The position numbers and the translations under genes are program-made. Positions 9,688 through 19,228 of a stretch of DNA of 64,000 bases are shown here, piece by piece. The stretch comes from Paracoccus sp. (in: a-proteobacteria). Its GTDB lineage: Bacteria > Pseudomonadota > Alphaproteobacteria > Rhodobacterales > Rhodobacteraceae. The stretch spans positions 1,857-65,856 of the forward strand of contig NZ_JAUNPC010000005.1 of the NCBI RefSeq assembly GCF_030536915.1, in the 5' to 3' direction. Every line of letters starts with the position of its first letter. Position 1 is the first letter of the stretch. The notes under the pieces are model-generated. The model had not been told where the DNA came from. It did not search any database and worked only from the letters and a program-made list of their open reading frames with translations.

Positions 9688-10412
9688 GGGCGCTGCTGGC
9701 CATCGCGGCGGCCCTGCTGCTGTGGGAAGGCTTCGTGCGGGTCACGGCCCTGCCCCCCTACCTGCTGCCCGGCCCGCTGTCGGTCGGAACCGCGCTGTGG
9801 CAATCCCGCGCCGAGCTTGCCCCCGCGGCCCTGCTGACGGCCTGGGAAACCGTGCTCGGCCTGTTCCTGGGCGCGACGCTGGGCATCGTCACCGCCGCCA
9901 CGATGGCCGCCTTGCCGCGGATCGGCCGCGCGCTGTCCCCGGTGCTGGTGGTCAGCCAGACCATCCCGGTCTTCGCGCTCGCCCCGATCCTGACGCTGTG
10001 GCTGGGCTTCGGCATGGCGCCGAAGGTGGCGATGGTGGTGCTGATCGTCTTCGTGCCGGTGGCGCAGGCGCTTTACGACGGGCTGATGTCGCCGCCCGCG
10101 GCGCAGATGGACGTGGCGCGGACCATGGGCGCTGGGGCTTGGGCGGAACTGCGGCACCTGCGCTTTCCGGCGGCGCTGCCGAGGCTTGCCTCGGGGCTGC
10201 GGCTGGGGGCGATCTATGCGCCGGTGGGCGCGGTCATCGGCGAATGGGTCGGCGGCGCGCGGGGCCTCGGCGCCCTGATGATCCAGGCGAACGGGCGGAT
10301 GAAGACCGACCTGATGTTCGCCGCGCTGATCGTCGTGGTGGCGCTGTCGCTGACGATCTACACCGCCGTGGACCGGATGCTCGCCAGAATGCTGGCAAGA
10401 CGCGGCTTCTGA
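9684..10412 (+). CDS. ABC transporter permease (ThiX-like)
   Basis: Hydrophobic; QTIPVFALAP, EAA-like loop ARTMGA, AVIGEW. Confidence 0.9.
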   Translation: MRALLAIAAALLLWEGFVRVTALPPYLLPGPLSVGTALWQSRAELAPAALLTAWETVLGLFLGATLGIVTAATMAALPRIGRALSPVLVVSQTIPVFALAPILTLWLGFGMAPKVAMVVLIVFVPVAQALYDGLMSPPAAQMDVARTMGAGAWAELRHLRFPAALPRLASGLRLGAIYAPVGAVIGEWVGGARGLGALMIQANGRMKTDLMFAALIVVVALSLTIYTAVDRMLARMLARRGF

Positions 10413-10515
10413 TGATCCGGCCACCTGAAGGCCTTGCCCCGGCACCCCGGCCCTGCCCGACAGAAACTTTCCGCCGGGCACCCCGAAGCCCCGCCGCCAT
10501 TCGCCCCCTGACAAT

Positions 10516-10581
10516 GCTTCGGACAGTTTCGCATATCCTCGGGTGAAGAGGCCGAAGGCCTCTCGGGGGCAGGCAGCCCCC
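10516..10581 (+). repeat. Short palindromic dispersed repeat, copy R3
   Basis: GCTTCGGACAGTTTCGCATATCCTCGGGTG, hairpin AGAGGCC/GGCCTCT, CGGGGGCAGGCAGCCCCC; same architecture as R1; lies between convergent genes. Confidence 0.7.
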
Positions 10582-10605
10582 GAGAGGCAGCGGCAAAAGA
10601 GAACG

Positions 10606-11373
10606 TCAGCCGCCCGCAACCTCGGCTGTGGCGGCGGCCTTCTGCAGGGCGGCGGCGATCAGGCGGGGGATGTCGCCGGTCGTGCCGATGGGCGGCGCGA
10701 TGGGGCCATGGCCGTGCCAGCCTTGGGGGATGTCCTCGATCGTATGGCCGCCGTTGGTGGCGAAGAAGGGCAGGCAGACGGCGGGGCCTTGGGGCACGAC
10801 ATCGGAGAGGAAGGGCGCTTCCTCGATGAAGGCGGTGGTGACATGGGCAAAGCCCGCCCCGTCCGGCAGAGCCTCGGCAAAGGCGCGGGTGCTGTTGGCG
10901 GATGCACGCGACCCCTTCGAGCCGTGGCCCACGACCACCAGCGTCGCCCGCGCCGGGTCGATCCCGGCCGCTTGCGCCGCATCCCGCGCGACACGCGCGC
11001 CGATGGCAGGCATCTCGGGATCAAGCCCGAGGGGCGCGACCATCCGCGCGCCCTCGACCCCCGCCTCGGCCAGCCGGCGCGGCGTCTCGCTGCGGACGAA
11101 CCAGCCGTCGGCCATGAACTGGGGATAGATCAGTTGCACGCCCGCCAGCGCCGACAGGCTGCGGCGGCAGGCGAGCGTCGCCCCCCGCACGTTCCAGCCC
11201 GGCATCAGCGCCTGCACCGCGGCGGCCAGCGCCTCAAGCTCGGGCTGCAGGGCGCCGGGATCGCCGGGCTGGCCATGGGCGACAACCGCGGCGAAAGGCG
11301 GGCGGGCAGGCTCGACCGGACCCGCGCCGATCGCGCAGCGGCAGCCTTCGCAGGGGGGCGCAAGGTCGATCAT
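10606..11373 (-). CDS. CbiX/SirB-family chelatase-like protein
   Basis: Two-domain pattern AHGQP..PQFMADGWF / GHGS..AFIEEAP..PFFATNGGHTIEDIP. Confidence 0.75.
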   Translation of the reverse strand: MIDLAPPCEGCRCAIGAGPVEPARPPFAAVVAHGQPGDPGALQPELEALAAAVQALMPGWNVRGATLACRRSLSALAGVQLIYPQFMADGWFVRSETPRRLAEAGVEGARMVAPLGLDPEMPAIGARVARDAAQAAGIDPARATLVVVGHGSKGSRASANSTRAFAEALPDGAGFAHVTTAFIEEAPFLSDVVPQGPAVCLPFFATNGGHTIEDIPQGWHGHGPIAPPIGTTGDIPRLIAAALQKAAATAEVAGG

Positions 11374-11942
11374 CTTGCGTCCTCAAGCTCGAAGGCGGCG
11401 GCAAAGGCAGCAGGCATCGGGAACTCGGCCAGCGCGCGGCTGCGGGCCTCGGGTGACATCTTGCGGGCGGTCTTCTGGACGATCACCAGCAGCGCATCGG
11501 GTTCCTGCGTGGTCGCGAAATCGCCAAGGTAGTGGCGGATGAAGGTGAAGCAGGCGACGTCCTCCAGCGCCTGCACGGCGGGGTCGCGCTTGATGCCTTC
11601 CTTCCGCAGCATCCGGCCCGCGTGGTCCACCTGATCCTCGGGGTAGCCCGCGTCGCGCATCAGGCCCATGACGCGCTCGGCATGGCGGCGGCCCTGTTCG
11701 CGCCGCCAGGTCAGGTAGCCCTCGCGCCCTTCGGGGAAGTCCTGGCGCGGCAGAAGCCAGCGCTCGATATGCTGGCCGCGGCAGGCGATCGCCAGCGTGT
11801 CCGGGGCGTCGGAATACAGCCGTTCCTGTTCGGCGGTCATGCGCTGGCCGTAGAGCAGTTCGACCGGCTGGCCATCCTCCAGCCTCGGGTCGGCGGCGTT
11901 GGCGGCGTCGATGGCGGCGAAGACCTGCTGGCGTGGCGTCAT
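11370..11942 (-). CDS. DUF4202-like protein
   Basis: AIDAANAADP, ELLYGQRM, QHIERW, REGYLTWR, QALEDVAC, KTARKMS. Confidence 0.75.
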   Translation of the reverse strand: MTPRQQVFAAIDAANAADPRLEDGQPVELLYGQRMTAEQERLYSDAPDTLAIACRGQHIERWLLPRQDFPEGREGYLTWRREQGRRHAERVMGLMRDAGYPEDQVDHAGRMLRKEGIKRDPAVQALEDVACFTFIRHYLGDFATTQEPDALLVIVQKTARKMSPEARSRALAEFPMPAAFAAAFELEDAR

Positions 11943-12042
11943 GCTGCGTTCCCTCAATCTGTGGGCAAGACCTGCCACGGCCGGACGCACTTGCCAAGCG
12001 GCCCGGCCGCAAGGATACCGCGGGCAACAGGAAAGGTCCGCC

Positions 12043-12648
12043 ATGCTGGGTTTCGTCGCCCCCCGCCTCGTGCTGCTGTCGATCCCGAAGACCGGGACCA
12101 CCGCGCTGGAAGCCGCGCTGGCGCCGAAGGCAGAAATCGTCCTGCGATCCCGCCCCGAGATCAAGCACCTGACCATGAGCCAGTACAACCTGCGGATCGA
12201 GCCGCTGCTGCGCAACATTCCCGGCGAGCGGTTCAGGGTCGCCGCCATCCTGCGCGAGCCGACCGACTGGTTGGGCAGCTGGTATCGCTATCGCCAGCGG
12301 CCGCAGGTGGTGGGGCAGCCCAACAGCACCTTCGGCATCAGCTTCGAAGGCTTCGTGCAGGACTACCTGTCGGACGACCGTCCCCCCTATGCGGCGCTTG
12401 GGCGGCAGTCGGGATTCCTGTCGCCCGCGCCCGGCAAGCGCGGCCCCGACCTGCTGTTCCAGTACGAGCAGATGGACGCGGTGCTGCGATTCTTCGAGGA
12501 GGCGCTGCAGACCACGCTGAAGCTGAACCGCGTCAACGTCTCGCCCCCCGCCGACATGGCGCTGAGCGAGGAGACCGCCGCCCGGCTGCGCGCGGCGCTG
12601 GCCGAGGATTACGCCCTGTGGGAATCCGCCGCCCGACCCGCGCCGTAG
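12043..12648 (+). CDS. Sulfotransferase-fold protein
   Basis: PKTGTT P-loop and REP..WLGSWY motif; AAAGG RBS. Confidence 0.65.
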   Translation: MLGFVAPRLVLLSIPKTGTTALEAALAPKAEIVLRSRPEIKHLTMSQYNLRIEPLLRNIPGERFRVAAILREPTDWLGSWYRYRQRPQVVGQPNSTFGISFEGFVQDYLSDDRPPYAALGRQSGFLSPAPGKRGPDLLFQYEQMDAVLRFFEEALQTTLKLNRVNVSPPADMALSEETAARLRAALAEDYALWESAARPAP

Positions 12649-13088
12649 AGCTTCTTCGCCCGTTCCTCGAAGGCGCGGACGATGCGGTGCATGGCCTCGC
12701 CGAAGACGACGCCGATCACCTTTCCCAGAAGCGCGTTGCGGAACTCGAAATCCACGAAGAACTTGACCTCGCAGCCGCCCTGGGGACGGTCGGCGAAGTC
12801 CCATTCGCTGTGCAGGTGGGTGAAGGGGCCGTCGAGATAGCGGGTGTCGATGCGCTTTTCGTCGGGAAACAGCGTGACCCGGCTGCCGAAGCGTTCGCGG
12901 AAGACCTTGAAGCTGATGACCAGGTCGGCCTCGATCACCTCGGACCCGTCGGGCTGCTGCTGGCGCGAGCGGATGCGGGCCGCGGTGTTCCACGGCAGGA
13001 AGTTCGGATAGCTTTCAACATCCGCGACGAGGTCATACATCTGCTGCGCGGTATAGGGCAGCACTTTCGTTTCGGCGTGGCGGGGCAC
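12609..13088 (-). CDS. RatA/Coq10 (SRPBCC/START) family protein
   Basis: LPYTAQQMYDLVADVESYPNFLPW, GPFTHL, VDFEF, AFEERA. Confidence 0.88.
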   Translation of the reverse strand: MPRHAETKVLPYTAQQMYDLVADVESYPNFLPWNTAARIRSRQQQPDGSEVIEADLVISFKVFRERFGSRVTLFPDEKRIDTRYLDGPFTHLHSEWDFADRPQGGCEVKFFVDFEFRNALLGKVIGVVFGEAMHRIVRAFEERAKKLYGAGRAADSHRA

Positions 13089-13138
13089 AAGCGGTCCTTC
13101 GGCGTCAGGCGGGGCTTGTCTAACAGAGGTCGAGCAGG

Positions 13139-13333
13139 ATGAACAACATGATCTGGCTGATGCGGGCGGCGCGGTGGGTCCGCAACCCGCCTTCGGCGCG
13201 TCAGGCGGCCATGGTCGCGGCGATCGTGGCGGCCGTGATGGCGATCGGGATGATCGAGTGGATGGGCTGGGTGCCCGAATGGGCGCAGATGGACCGCCCC
13301 GGCCACGGCGGCCCGCGCGTGCCGATGCCCTGA
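13139..13333 (+). CDS. Small membrane protein, hypothetical
   Basis: 64 aa, WLMRAARWVRNPPS followed by one TM segment; good codon usage. Confidence 0.6.
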   Translation: MNNMIWLMRAARWVRNPPSARQAAMVAAIVAAVMAIGMIEWMGWVPEWAQMDRPGHGGPRVPMP

Positions 13334-13680
13334 GGCGCCCCTTTCAGCCTTCGTGGGACCGAAGGCAAGTGGCCGGACATCGGAGATGGCATGGGCGGGG
13401 GCCGAAGTTTCCAGAACTGCGAAGACCCATGCCGCAATTGCAGGTGCCACCCAGTAAAGCCCGACCAGCGGGCACCGCGTTATCGAGTGAAAGGCCGCTG
13501 TCCTGGCGTTCCTCAAGACGCGGCTATGATCGGATAGGGTGGCGCGCCTTGGGAAACAGACCCGACGCGCCGGACATGACGGTTAGTGCCCTGTAACACC
13601 GTCAGGATGCGGCCTGCCTTCGTCATGGCGGCAAGCGCGGCGTTCAGGATTCGGGGACAATGGCGCTGCCCTTGGTTTTG

Positions 13681-14100
13681 CTATTGATACGCCATCGCGA
13701 CGCGCCAAGCGAACACTAAGGCGGCACCTAACACCAATAAGAAAGTCTGGACGCCGGACCACCAATCCAGCCTGCGCTGCCTCGGGACAAACTCTGTGCT
13801 GCCGATGAAATCTTTGAGGTCCGGGTGCAATTCGGGTGGCACCTGTTCCCCCATATCGACGAAGTTGTAATTTGTCTGGATAATCCCTTCCAATGCTTTG
13901 AGCGCCCTGTGACCTGTCAGAAACGAGCCACCCCATGAGATCAGGGCCATGAGGATCAAGATGTGCGGGAAGCGCAACGGTATGGCGTCGGTGAGGGACA
14001 TTGCATACGCGATGCAGGCGCCCGAGGCACCAAGCTTGAAGTAGATGAGCTTTTCAACGTGCGTGCGAACCGCGCTGGCAAGCTCATTCTTGACCGTCAT
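13681..14100 (-). CDS. Hypothetical membrane protein, low GC, next to tRNA-Asn 3' end
   Basis: 139 aa with about 3 hydrophobic segments; two hand-counted 60-nt lines are 47% and 53% GC, clearly below the flanks. Confidence 0.6.
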   Translation of the reverse strand: MTVKNELASAVRTHVEKLIYFKLGASGACIAYAMSLTDAIPLRFPHILILMALISWGGSFLTGHRALKALEGIIQTNYNFVDMGEQVPPELHPDLKDFIGSTEFVPRQRRLDWWSGVQTFLLVLGAALVFAWRVAMAYQ

Positions 14101-14188
14101 CCGTTACCCCGAGGATTACCCAAGCGCAAAATCGAGAAGGGCGACCTTAGGCCGCCCGCTTCGACACAGGTGATATCATTGGATTTTT

Positions 14189-14263
14189 TGGCTCCGGCGG
14201 TAGGGATCGAACCTACGACCAATTGATTAACAGTCAACTGCTCTACCGCTGAGCTACGCCGGA
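14189..14263 (-). tRNA. tRNA-Asn(GTT)
   Basis: TCCGGCGTAGCTCAGCGGTAGAGCAGTTGACTGTTAATCAATTGGTCGTAGGTTCGATCCCTACCGCCGGAGCCA. Confidence 0.97.
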
Positions 14264-14335
14264 ACACGGGAGGGCATCTAGCACTCGGCTACCGGGGCGT
14301 CCAGAGGCTTCTGGAAGAATTTTGTCCGTTGGTCA

Positions 14336-15196
14336 TCAGGCGATGCACCAGACCGCACCGGCGGCGGGCGGGCCTTCGCAGAGGACCGCGCCCAGATCCC
14401 ACAAGGCCAGCAGATGGGCCAGCACGTTGCGCTCGGCGGCGGGCATCAGGGCGGGCGGAATGTCGTAGATGCGGGCGGCAAGGTCGTGCGCGGTGCGGGG
14501 GGCGGGACCCAGCGCGGCCATGATCTGGGCGCTGCGGGCGCGGCGGTGGGCGGCAAGCTCGGCAAGCCGGGCCAAAGGCTCGGTGATCGGGTCGCCATGG
14601 GCGGGATAAAGGATGCGGGGGGCAAGCCGCCCCAGCAGGTCCAGCGAGCGCAGGAAATCCACCAGATCCCCGTCGGGGGGAGAGATCAGCGTCGTGCTCC
14701 ATCCCATCACCAGATCGCCGCAGAAGATGGCGTCGCCAAGGCGGAAGCTCAGGTGGCTGCCGATGTGGCCGGGGGTGTGCAGGGCCTCGATGCGCCAGTC
14801 CGAGGATTGCAGGACCTCGCCATGGCGCAGGACGATGTCGGGCTGGAAGGCGGCGTCGATGCCCTCGCCGCCTGCGACCAGCCCGGACGCGGCCAGCCGC
14901 TCCATCGTGGGAGAGCGGCCGGCGTCAGCGGGACCGAAGGCGAAGACCGGGGCGCCCGTGGCCTGCGCCAGCCGCGCGACGCCGGCCGAGTGGTCCAGAT
15001 GCGCGTGGGTCAGCAGGATGTGCGAGATCCGCCCCTCGGCGGTGTCGAGGATCGCCTGGATATGGCCGGGATCGTCCGGGCCGGGGTCGATCACCGCGAC
15101 CTCGTCCTCGCCGATCAGGAAGCTGTTGGTCCCCGGCCCGGTCATGGCCGAGGGGTTCGGGGCGCACAGCACCCGCACTTTCGCTGTCTCGCTCAT
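14336..15196 (-). CDS. Metallo-beta-lactamase-fold hydrolase (LACTB2-like)
   Basis: APNPSAMTGPGTN, THAHLDH, HTPGH, GD, PAHG. Confidence 0.85.
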   Translation of the reverse strand: MSETAKVRVLCAPNPSAMTGPGTNSFLIGEDEVAVIDPGPDDPGHIQAILDTAEGRISHILLTHAHLDHSAGVARLAQATGAPVFAFGPADAGRSPTMERLAASGLVAGGEGIDAAFQPDIVLRHGEVLQSSDWRIEALHTPGHIGSHLSFRLGDAIFCGDLVMGWSTTLISPPDGDLVDFLRSLDLLGRLAPRILYPAHGDPITEPLARLAELAAHRRARSAQIMAALGPAPRTAHDLAARIYDIPPALMPAAERNVLAHLLALWDLGAVLCEGPPAAGAVWCIA

Positions 15197-15242
15197 CCCC
15201 CTAGGCTGGACCGGCGCCGGGCCGGACGCAAGCGAGGTGAGC

Positions 15243-16580
15243 ATGGTTTCCAGTTGGCTCAAGCATCTTCTGCCGCGCGGCCTTTACGGGCGGGCGGCGC
15301 TGATCCTGTTCCTGCCGGTGGTGGTGATCACGCTGGTCGTCACGGTCATGTTCCTGCAGCGGCATTTCGAGGATGTGACCCAGCAGATGGTGGAAACAGC
15401 CGCGGCCGAGGTCGCGCTGGTCACCGACCGCGTGCTGTCGGCTCCCGACGGCCCGCAGGCCCTGATCGCGGGACAGGAGATCGCGGTGCCGCTGGGCCTG
15501 ACTCTGGAACTGCCTCCGTCCAGGACGGTCGAGGAGCGGCGCCGGTTCTACGATTTTTCGGGCCGGGTGGTCATCGCCGACATGCACCGGCGCCTGCCCG
15601 CGGTCGAGGCGGTGGACCTGTGGGACCTGCGGCGGGTCAGGGTGCTGGTGGGCGGCCCCCGCCCCTTCCTGCTGGAATTGCCGCGCCGGCGGCTGACGCC
15701 CTCGAACCCGCATCAGTTGCTGGTCCTGATGGTGGCGACGTCGCTGCTGATGACGGCCATCGCGTCGGTTTTCCTGCGCAACCAGTTGCGCCCGATCCGG
15801 CGGCTGGCCGATGCGGCGGACGCCTACGGCCGCGGGCAGGTCAAGCCCTATCGTCCCGCGGGGGCGTCCGAGGTCCGCAGCGCCGGCCGCGCCTTTGTCG
15901 AGATGCGGGCCCGGATCGAGCGGCAGAACGAACAGCGCAGGATGATGCTGTCGGGGATCAGCCATGACCTGCGGACGCCGCTGACGCGCCTGCGGCTGGG
16001 ACTGTCCATGCTCGGCCCCGACCTGCCCCCCGAACGCGACGAGATCGCCGACATGGAACGCGACGTGGCCGAGATGGGGACGATGATCGACGCCTTCCTG
16101 GACCACGCACGGACCGAGGCGCAGGATGGCGGACCCGAGACGGTGGCCATGCGCGAGTTCATGGACGGGATCGTGGGCGACGCGCAGCGTGGCGGCCAGC
16201 CCGTCAGGCTGGCCCGCTTCCATTCGGACAGTCCTGACGCCACCGCCGTCATCCGCCCCCAAGCGCTGCGCCGCGCGATCGAGAACCTGGTCGGCAACGC
16301 CGTCCGCTACGGCTCGCGCGCCGAACTCGAGGCCGTCCTGACCTCGCGCAGCCTGCGCATCGCGGTCGAGGATGACGGCCCCGGCATCCCCCCCGGGCGG
16401 CGCGAGGAAGCGGTCCGGCCCTTCGTGCGGCTGGATGCGGCCCGCAACCAGGACCGAGGACAGGGGGCGGGCCTGGGGCTCGCCATCGCCGCCGACATCG
16501 CCCGCGCCCATGGGGGCGAATTGCGCCTCAGCGATGCCCGGCTGGGCGGCCTCAGGGCCGAGATCGTGATCCCCCGCTGA
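15243..16580 (+). CDS. EnvZ-like sensor histidine kinase
   Basis: 2 TM + HAMP, SHDLRTPL H-box, NLVGNA, DDGPGI, GAGLGL. Confidence 0.9.
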   Translation: MVSSWLKHLLPRGLYGRAALILFLPVVVITLVVTVMFLQRHFEDVTQQMVETAAAEVALVTDRVLSAPDGPQALIAGQEIAVPLGLTLELPPSRTVEERRRFYDFSGRVVIADMHRRLPAVEAVDLWDLRRVRVLVGGPRPFLLELPRRRLTPSNPHQLLVLMVATSLLMTAIASVFLRNQLRPIRRLADAADAYGRGQVKPYRPAGASEVRSAGRAFVEMRARIERQNEQRRMMLSGISHDLRTPLTRLRLGLSMLGPDLPPERDEIADMERDVAEMGTMIDAFLDHARTEAQDGGPETVAMREFMDGIVGDAQRGGQPVRLARFHSDSPDATAVIRPQALRRAIENLVGNAVRYGSRAELEAVLTSRSLRIAVEDDGPGIPPGRREEAVRPFVRLDAARNQDRGQGAGLGLAIAADIARAHGGELRLSDARLGGLRAEIVIPR

Positions 16581-16652
16581 GCCATGTGCTCGGCACCATC
16601 CTCATCGATAAAATGCCCCGAAGGTCGGAACGCGGCGTCCCCGGATGGGCCA

Positions 16653-16680
16653 TTGCAGCACAAGCCTGCGGTTCCTAGAT
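16653..16680 (+). promoter_or_regulatory. Putative RpoH-type promoter of lon
   Basis: TTG-N18-CCTAGAT upstream of lon, resembling alphaproteobacterial heat-shock promoters. Confidence 0.45.
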
Positions 16681-16751
16681 ATGTCCCAAGCAGGCCCGGC
16701 GCGCTGCCTGTTCTTTTGGGGGCCGCCGGTCCGGGCACGAAAGGATGTTTC

Positions 16752-19169
16752 ATGAACGACACGACCCAGGCTACCTATCCGGTGCTTCCGCTGCGCGACA
16801 TCGTGGTCTTCCCCCACATGATCGTGCCGCTGTTCGTGGGCCGCGAAAAGTCGGTCCGCGCGCTGGAGGCCGTGATGGAGGCCGATCGTCCCATCCTTCT
16901 GGCCGCCCAGAAGGATGCCTCGGTGGACGAGCCCGAGACGGACGGCATCTTCACCACCGGCGTGCTGGCCAATGTCCTGCAGTTGCTCAAGCTGCCCGAT
17001 GGCACTGTGAAGGTGCTTGTCGAGGGGCAGAAGCGCGTGCGGATCACCGGCTTCACCGAAAACGAGGATTACTTCCAGGCCTCTGCGGAACCGCTGGCCG
17101 AGACCGAGGGTGACGCCGAAAGCGTCACCGCCCTGATCCGCACCGTTGCGGAAGAGTTCGAGCGCTACGTCAAGGTCCGCAAGAATATCCCCGAGGAAGC
17201 CGTGACCTCGGTCGCCGAGGCGCGCGACGCGCACCGGCTGGCCGACCTCGTGTCGGGGCACCTGGGGATCGACGTGGCCCGCAAGCAGGAACTGCTGGAA
17301 ACGCTGAACGTCGCCGAGCGGCTTGAGAAGGTCTATGGCCTGATGCAGGGCGAGATGTCGGTCCTGCAGGTCGAGAAGAAGATCAAGTCCCGCGTCAAGA
17401 CCCAGATGGAGAAGACGCAGCGCGAGTATTACCTCAACGAGCAGATGAAGGCGATCCAGCGCGAGCTGGGCGATGGCGATGAAGGCCAGAACGAACTCGC
17501 CGAGCTGGAAGAGAAGATCGAGAAGACCAAGTTCAGCAAAGAGGCGCGCGAAAAGGCGCAGGCCGAGCTGAAGAAGCTGAAGTCGATGTCGCCGATGTCG
17601 GCCGAGGCTACGGTCAGCCGCAACTATCTCGACTGGCTGCTGTCGCTGCCTTGGGGCGTGAAGTCGCGCACCAAGCGTGACCTTGCGGCCGCCGAACGGG
17701 TGCTGGACGCCGACCACTACGGCCTTGAAAAGGTCAAGGAACGGATCGTCGAGTATCTTGCCGTGCAGAACCGCTCGGACAAGCTGAAAGGCCCGATCCT
17801 CTGCCTCGTCGGCCCGCCCGGCGTCGGCAAGACCTCGCTCGGCCGTTCGGTGGCGAAAGCCACGGGGCGCGAGTTCATCCGCATCTCGCTTGGCGGCGTG
17901 CGTGACGAATCCGAGATCCGCGGTCACCGCCGGACCTATATCGGCTCGATGCCCGGCAAGATCATCCAGGCGCTGAAGAAGGCCAAGACCACGAATCCGC
18001 TCATCCTGCTGGATGAGATCGACAAGATGGGTCAGGACTTCCGTGGCGATCCGGCGTCGGCGATGCTCGAGGTACTGGACCCGGAACAGAACGCGACCTT
18101 CGTGGACCACTATCTTGAGGTGGAATACGACCTGTCGAACGTGATGTTCATCACCACGGCCAACAGCTACAACATGCCAGGGCCACTGCTGGACCGGATG
18201 GAGATCATCCCGCTGGCCGGCTACACCGAGGACGAGAAGCGCGAGATCGCGCGCCAGCACCTGCTGCCCAAGCAGATCAAGGCGAACGGTCTGAGGAAGG
18301 GCGAGTTCTCGGTTTCGGACGAGGCGCTGACCCATGTCATCCGCTACTACACGCGGGAGGCCGGGGTTCGGAGCCTTGAGCGCGAGATCGCCAAGCTGGC
18401 CCGTAAGGCCGTGACCGAGATCCTCAAGGGCAAGGTCACGTCGGTCGAGGTCACGCCCGAGAAGGCCGAGGAATATCTCGGCGTCCGCCGCTTCCGCTAT
18501 GGCTTGGCCGAGAAAGAGGATCAGGTCGGCGTGGTGACGGGCCTTGCCTATACCCAGGCGGGCGGCGACCTGCTGCAGATCGAGGCGCTGAAGCTGCCCG
18601 GCAAGGGCGTCATGAAGACGACCGGGAAACTGGGCGACGTGATGAAGGAATCGATCGATGCGGCGGCAAGCTTCGTCCGCTCGGTTGCGCCCGAACTGGG
18701 CATCAGCCCGCCCGAGTTCTCCAAGCGCGACATCCACGTCCACGTGCCCGAGGGGGCGACCCCGAAGGACGGCCCCTCGGCGGGTCTGGCGATGGTGACG
18801 TCGGTCGTGTCGGTGATGACCGGCATCCCGGTCCGCAAGGACATCGCCATGACCGGCGAGGTCACGCTGCGCGGCAACGCGCTGGCCATCGGCGGGCTGA
18901 AGGAAAAGCTTCTCGCGGCGCTTCGGGGCGGCATCAAGACGGTGCTGATCCCCGAGGAGAATGAGAAGGACTTGGCCGACATCCCGGCGAACGTAAAGGA
19001 GGGGCTGACCATCATCCCCGTCTCGAACGTCCGCGAGGTGCTGCGCCACGCGCTGGTGCGGATGCCCGAGCCGGTGGAATGGGACGAGGCTGCCTACGAG
19101 GCCGCCGAGGTCAAGCGCCTTGCCGCCCTGCGCGCCGATCTTCCTCTGAGCGGCCCGACCGCCCACTGA
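16752..19169 (+). CDS. lon: ATP-dependent Lon protease
   Basis: [36 protein letters not shown] catalytic Ser. Confidence 0.97.
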   Translation: MNDTTQATYPVLPLRDIVVFPHMIVPLFVGREKSVRALEAVMEADRPILLAAQKDASVDEPETDGIFTTGVLANVLQLLKLPDGTVKVLVEGQKRVRITGFTENEDYFQASAEPLAETEGDAESVTALIRTVAEEFERYVKVRKNIPEEAVTSVAEARDAHRLADLVSGHLGIDVARKQELLETLNVAERLEKVYGLMQGEMSVLQVEKKIKSRVKTQMEKTQREYYLNEQMKAIQRELGDGDEGQNELAELEEKIEKTKFSKEAREKAQAELKKLKSMSPMSAEATVSRNYLDWLLSLPWGVKSRTKRDLAAAERVLDADHYGLEKVKERIVEYLAVQNRSDKLKGPILCLVGPPGVGKTSLGRSVAKATGREFIRISLGGVRDESEIRGHRRTYIGSMPGKIIQALKKAKTTNPLILLDEIDKMGQDFRGDPASAMLEVLDPEQNATFVDHYLEVEYDLSNVMFITTANSYNMPGPLLDRMEIIPLAGYTEDEKREIARQHLLPKQIKANGLRKGEFSVSDEALTHVIRYYTREAGVRSLEREIAKLARKAVTEILKGKVTSVEVTPEKAEEYLGVRRFRYGLAEKEDQVGVVTGLAYTQAGGDLLQIEALKLPGKGVMKTTGKLGDVMKESIDAAASFVRSVAPELGISPPEFSKRDIHVHVPEGATPKDGPSAGLAMVTSVVSVMTGIPVRKDIAMTGEVTLRGNALAIGGLKEKLLAALRGGIKTVLIPEENEKDLADIPANVKEGLTIIPVSNVREVLRHALVRMPEPVEWDEAAYEAAEVKRLAALRADLPLSGPTAH

Positions 19170-19199
19170 CTCGCTGGGAAAGCGGTGACGAAAATGCAG

Positions 19200-19228
19200 A
19201 CACGCGCCCCCAATGGGGCGCGTGTTTC
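19200..19228 (+). terminator. Putative intrinsic terminator after lon
   Basis: ACACGCGCCCC-CAAT-GGGGCGCGTGT stem with short T run. Confidence 0.65.

Noticed and set aside
12609-13333. RatA plus small divergent ORF as a toxin-antitoxin pair
   Set aside because: The gene is a Coq10/START-type protein, no RatB/RnfH partner is present, and the small ORF is a divergent membrane peptide.
14336-15196. MBL-fold genes (also 38001-38900) as antibiotic-resistance beta-lactamases
   Set aside because: No signal peptides; motifs fit cytoplasmic glyoxalase II/LACTB2-like hydrolases.
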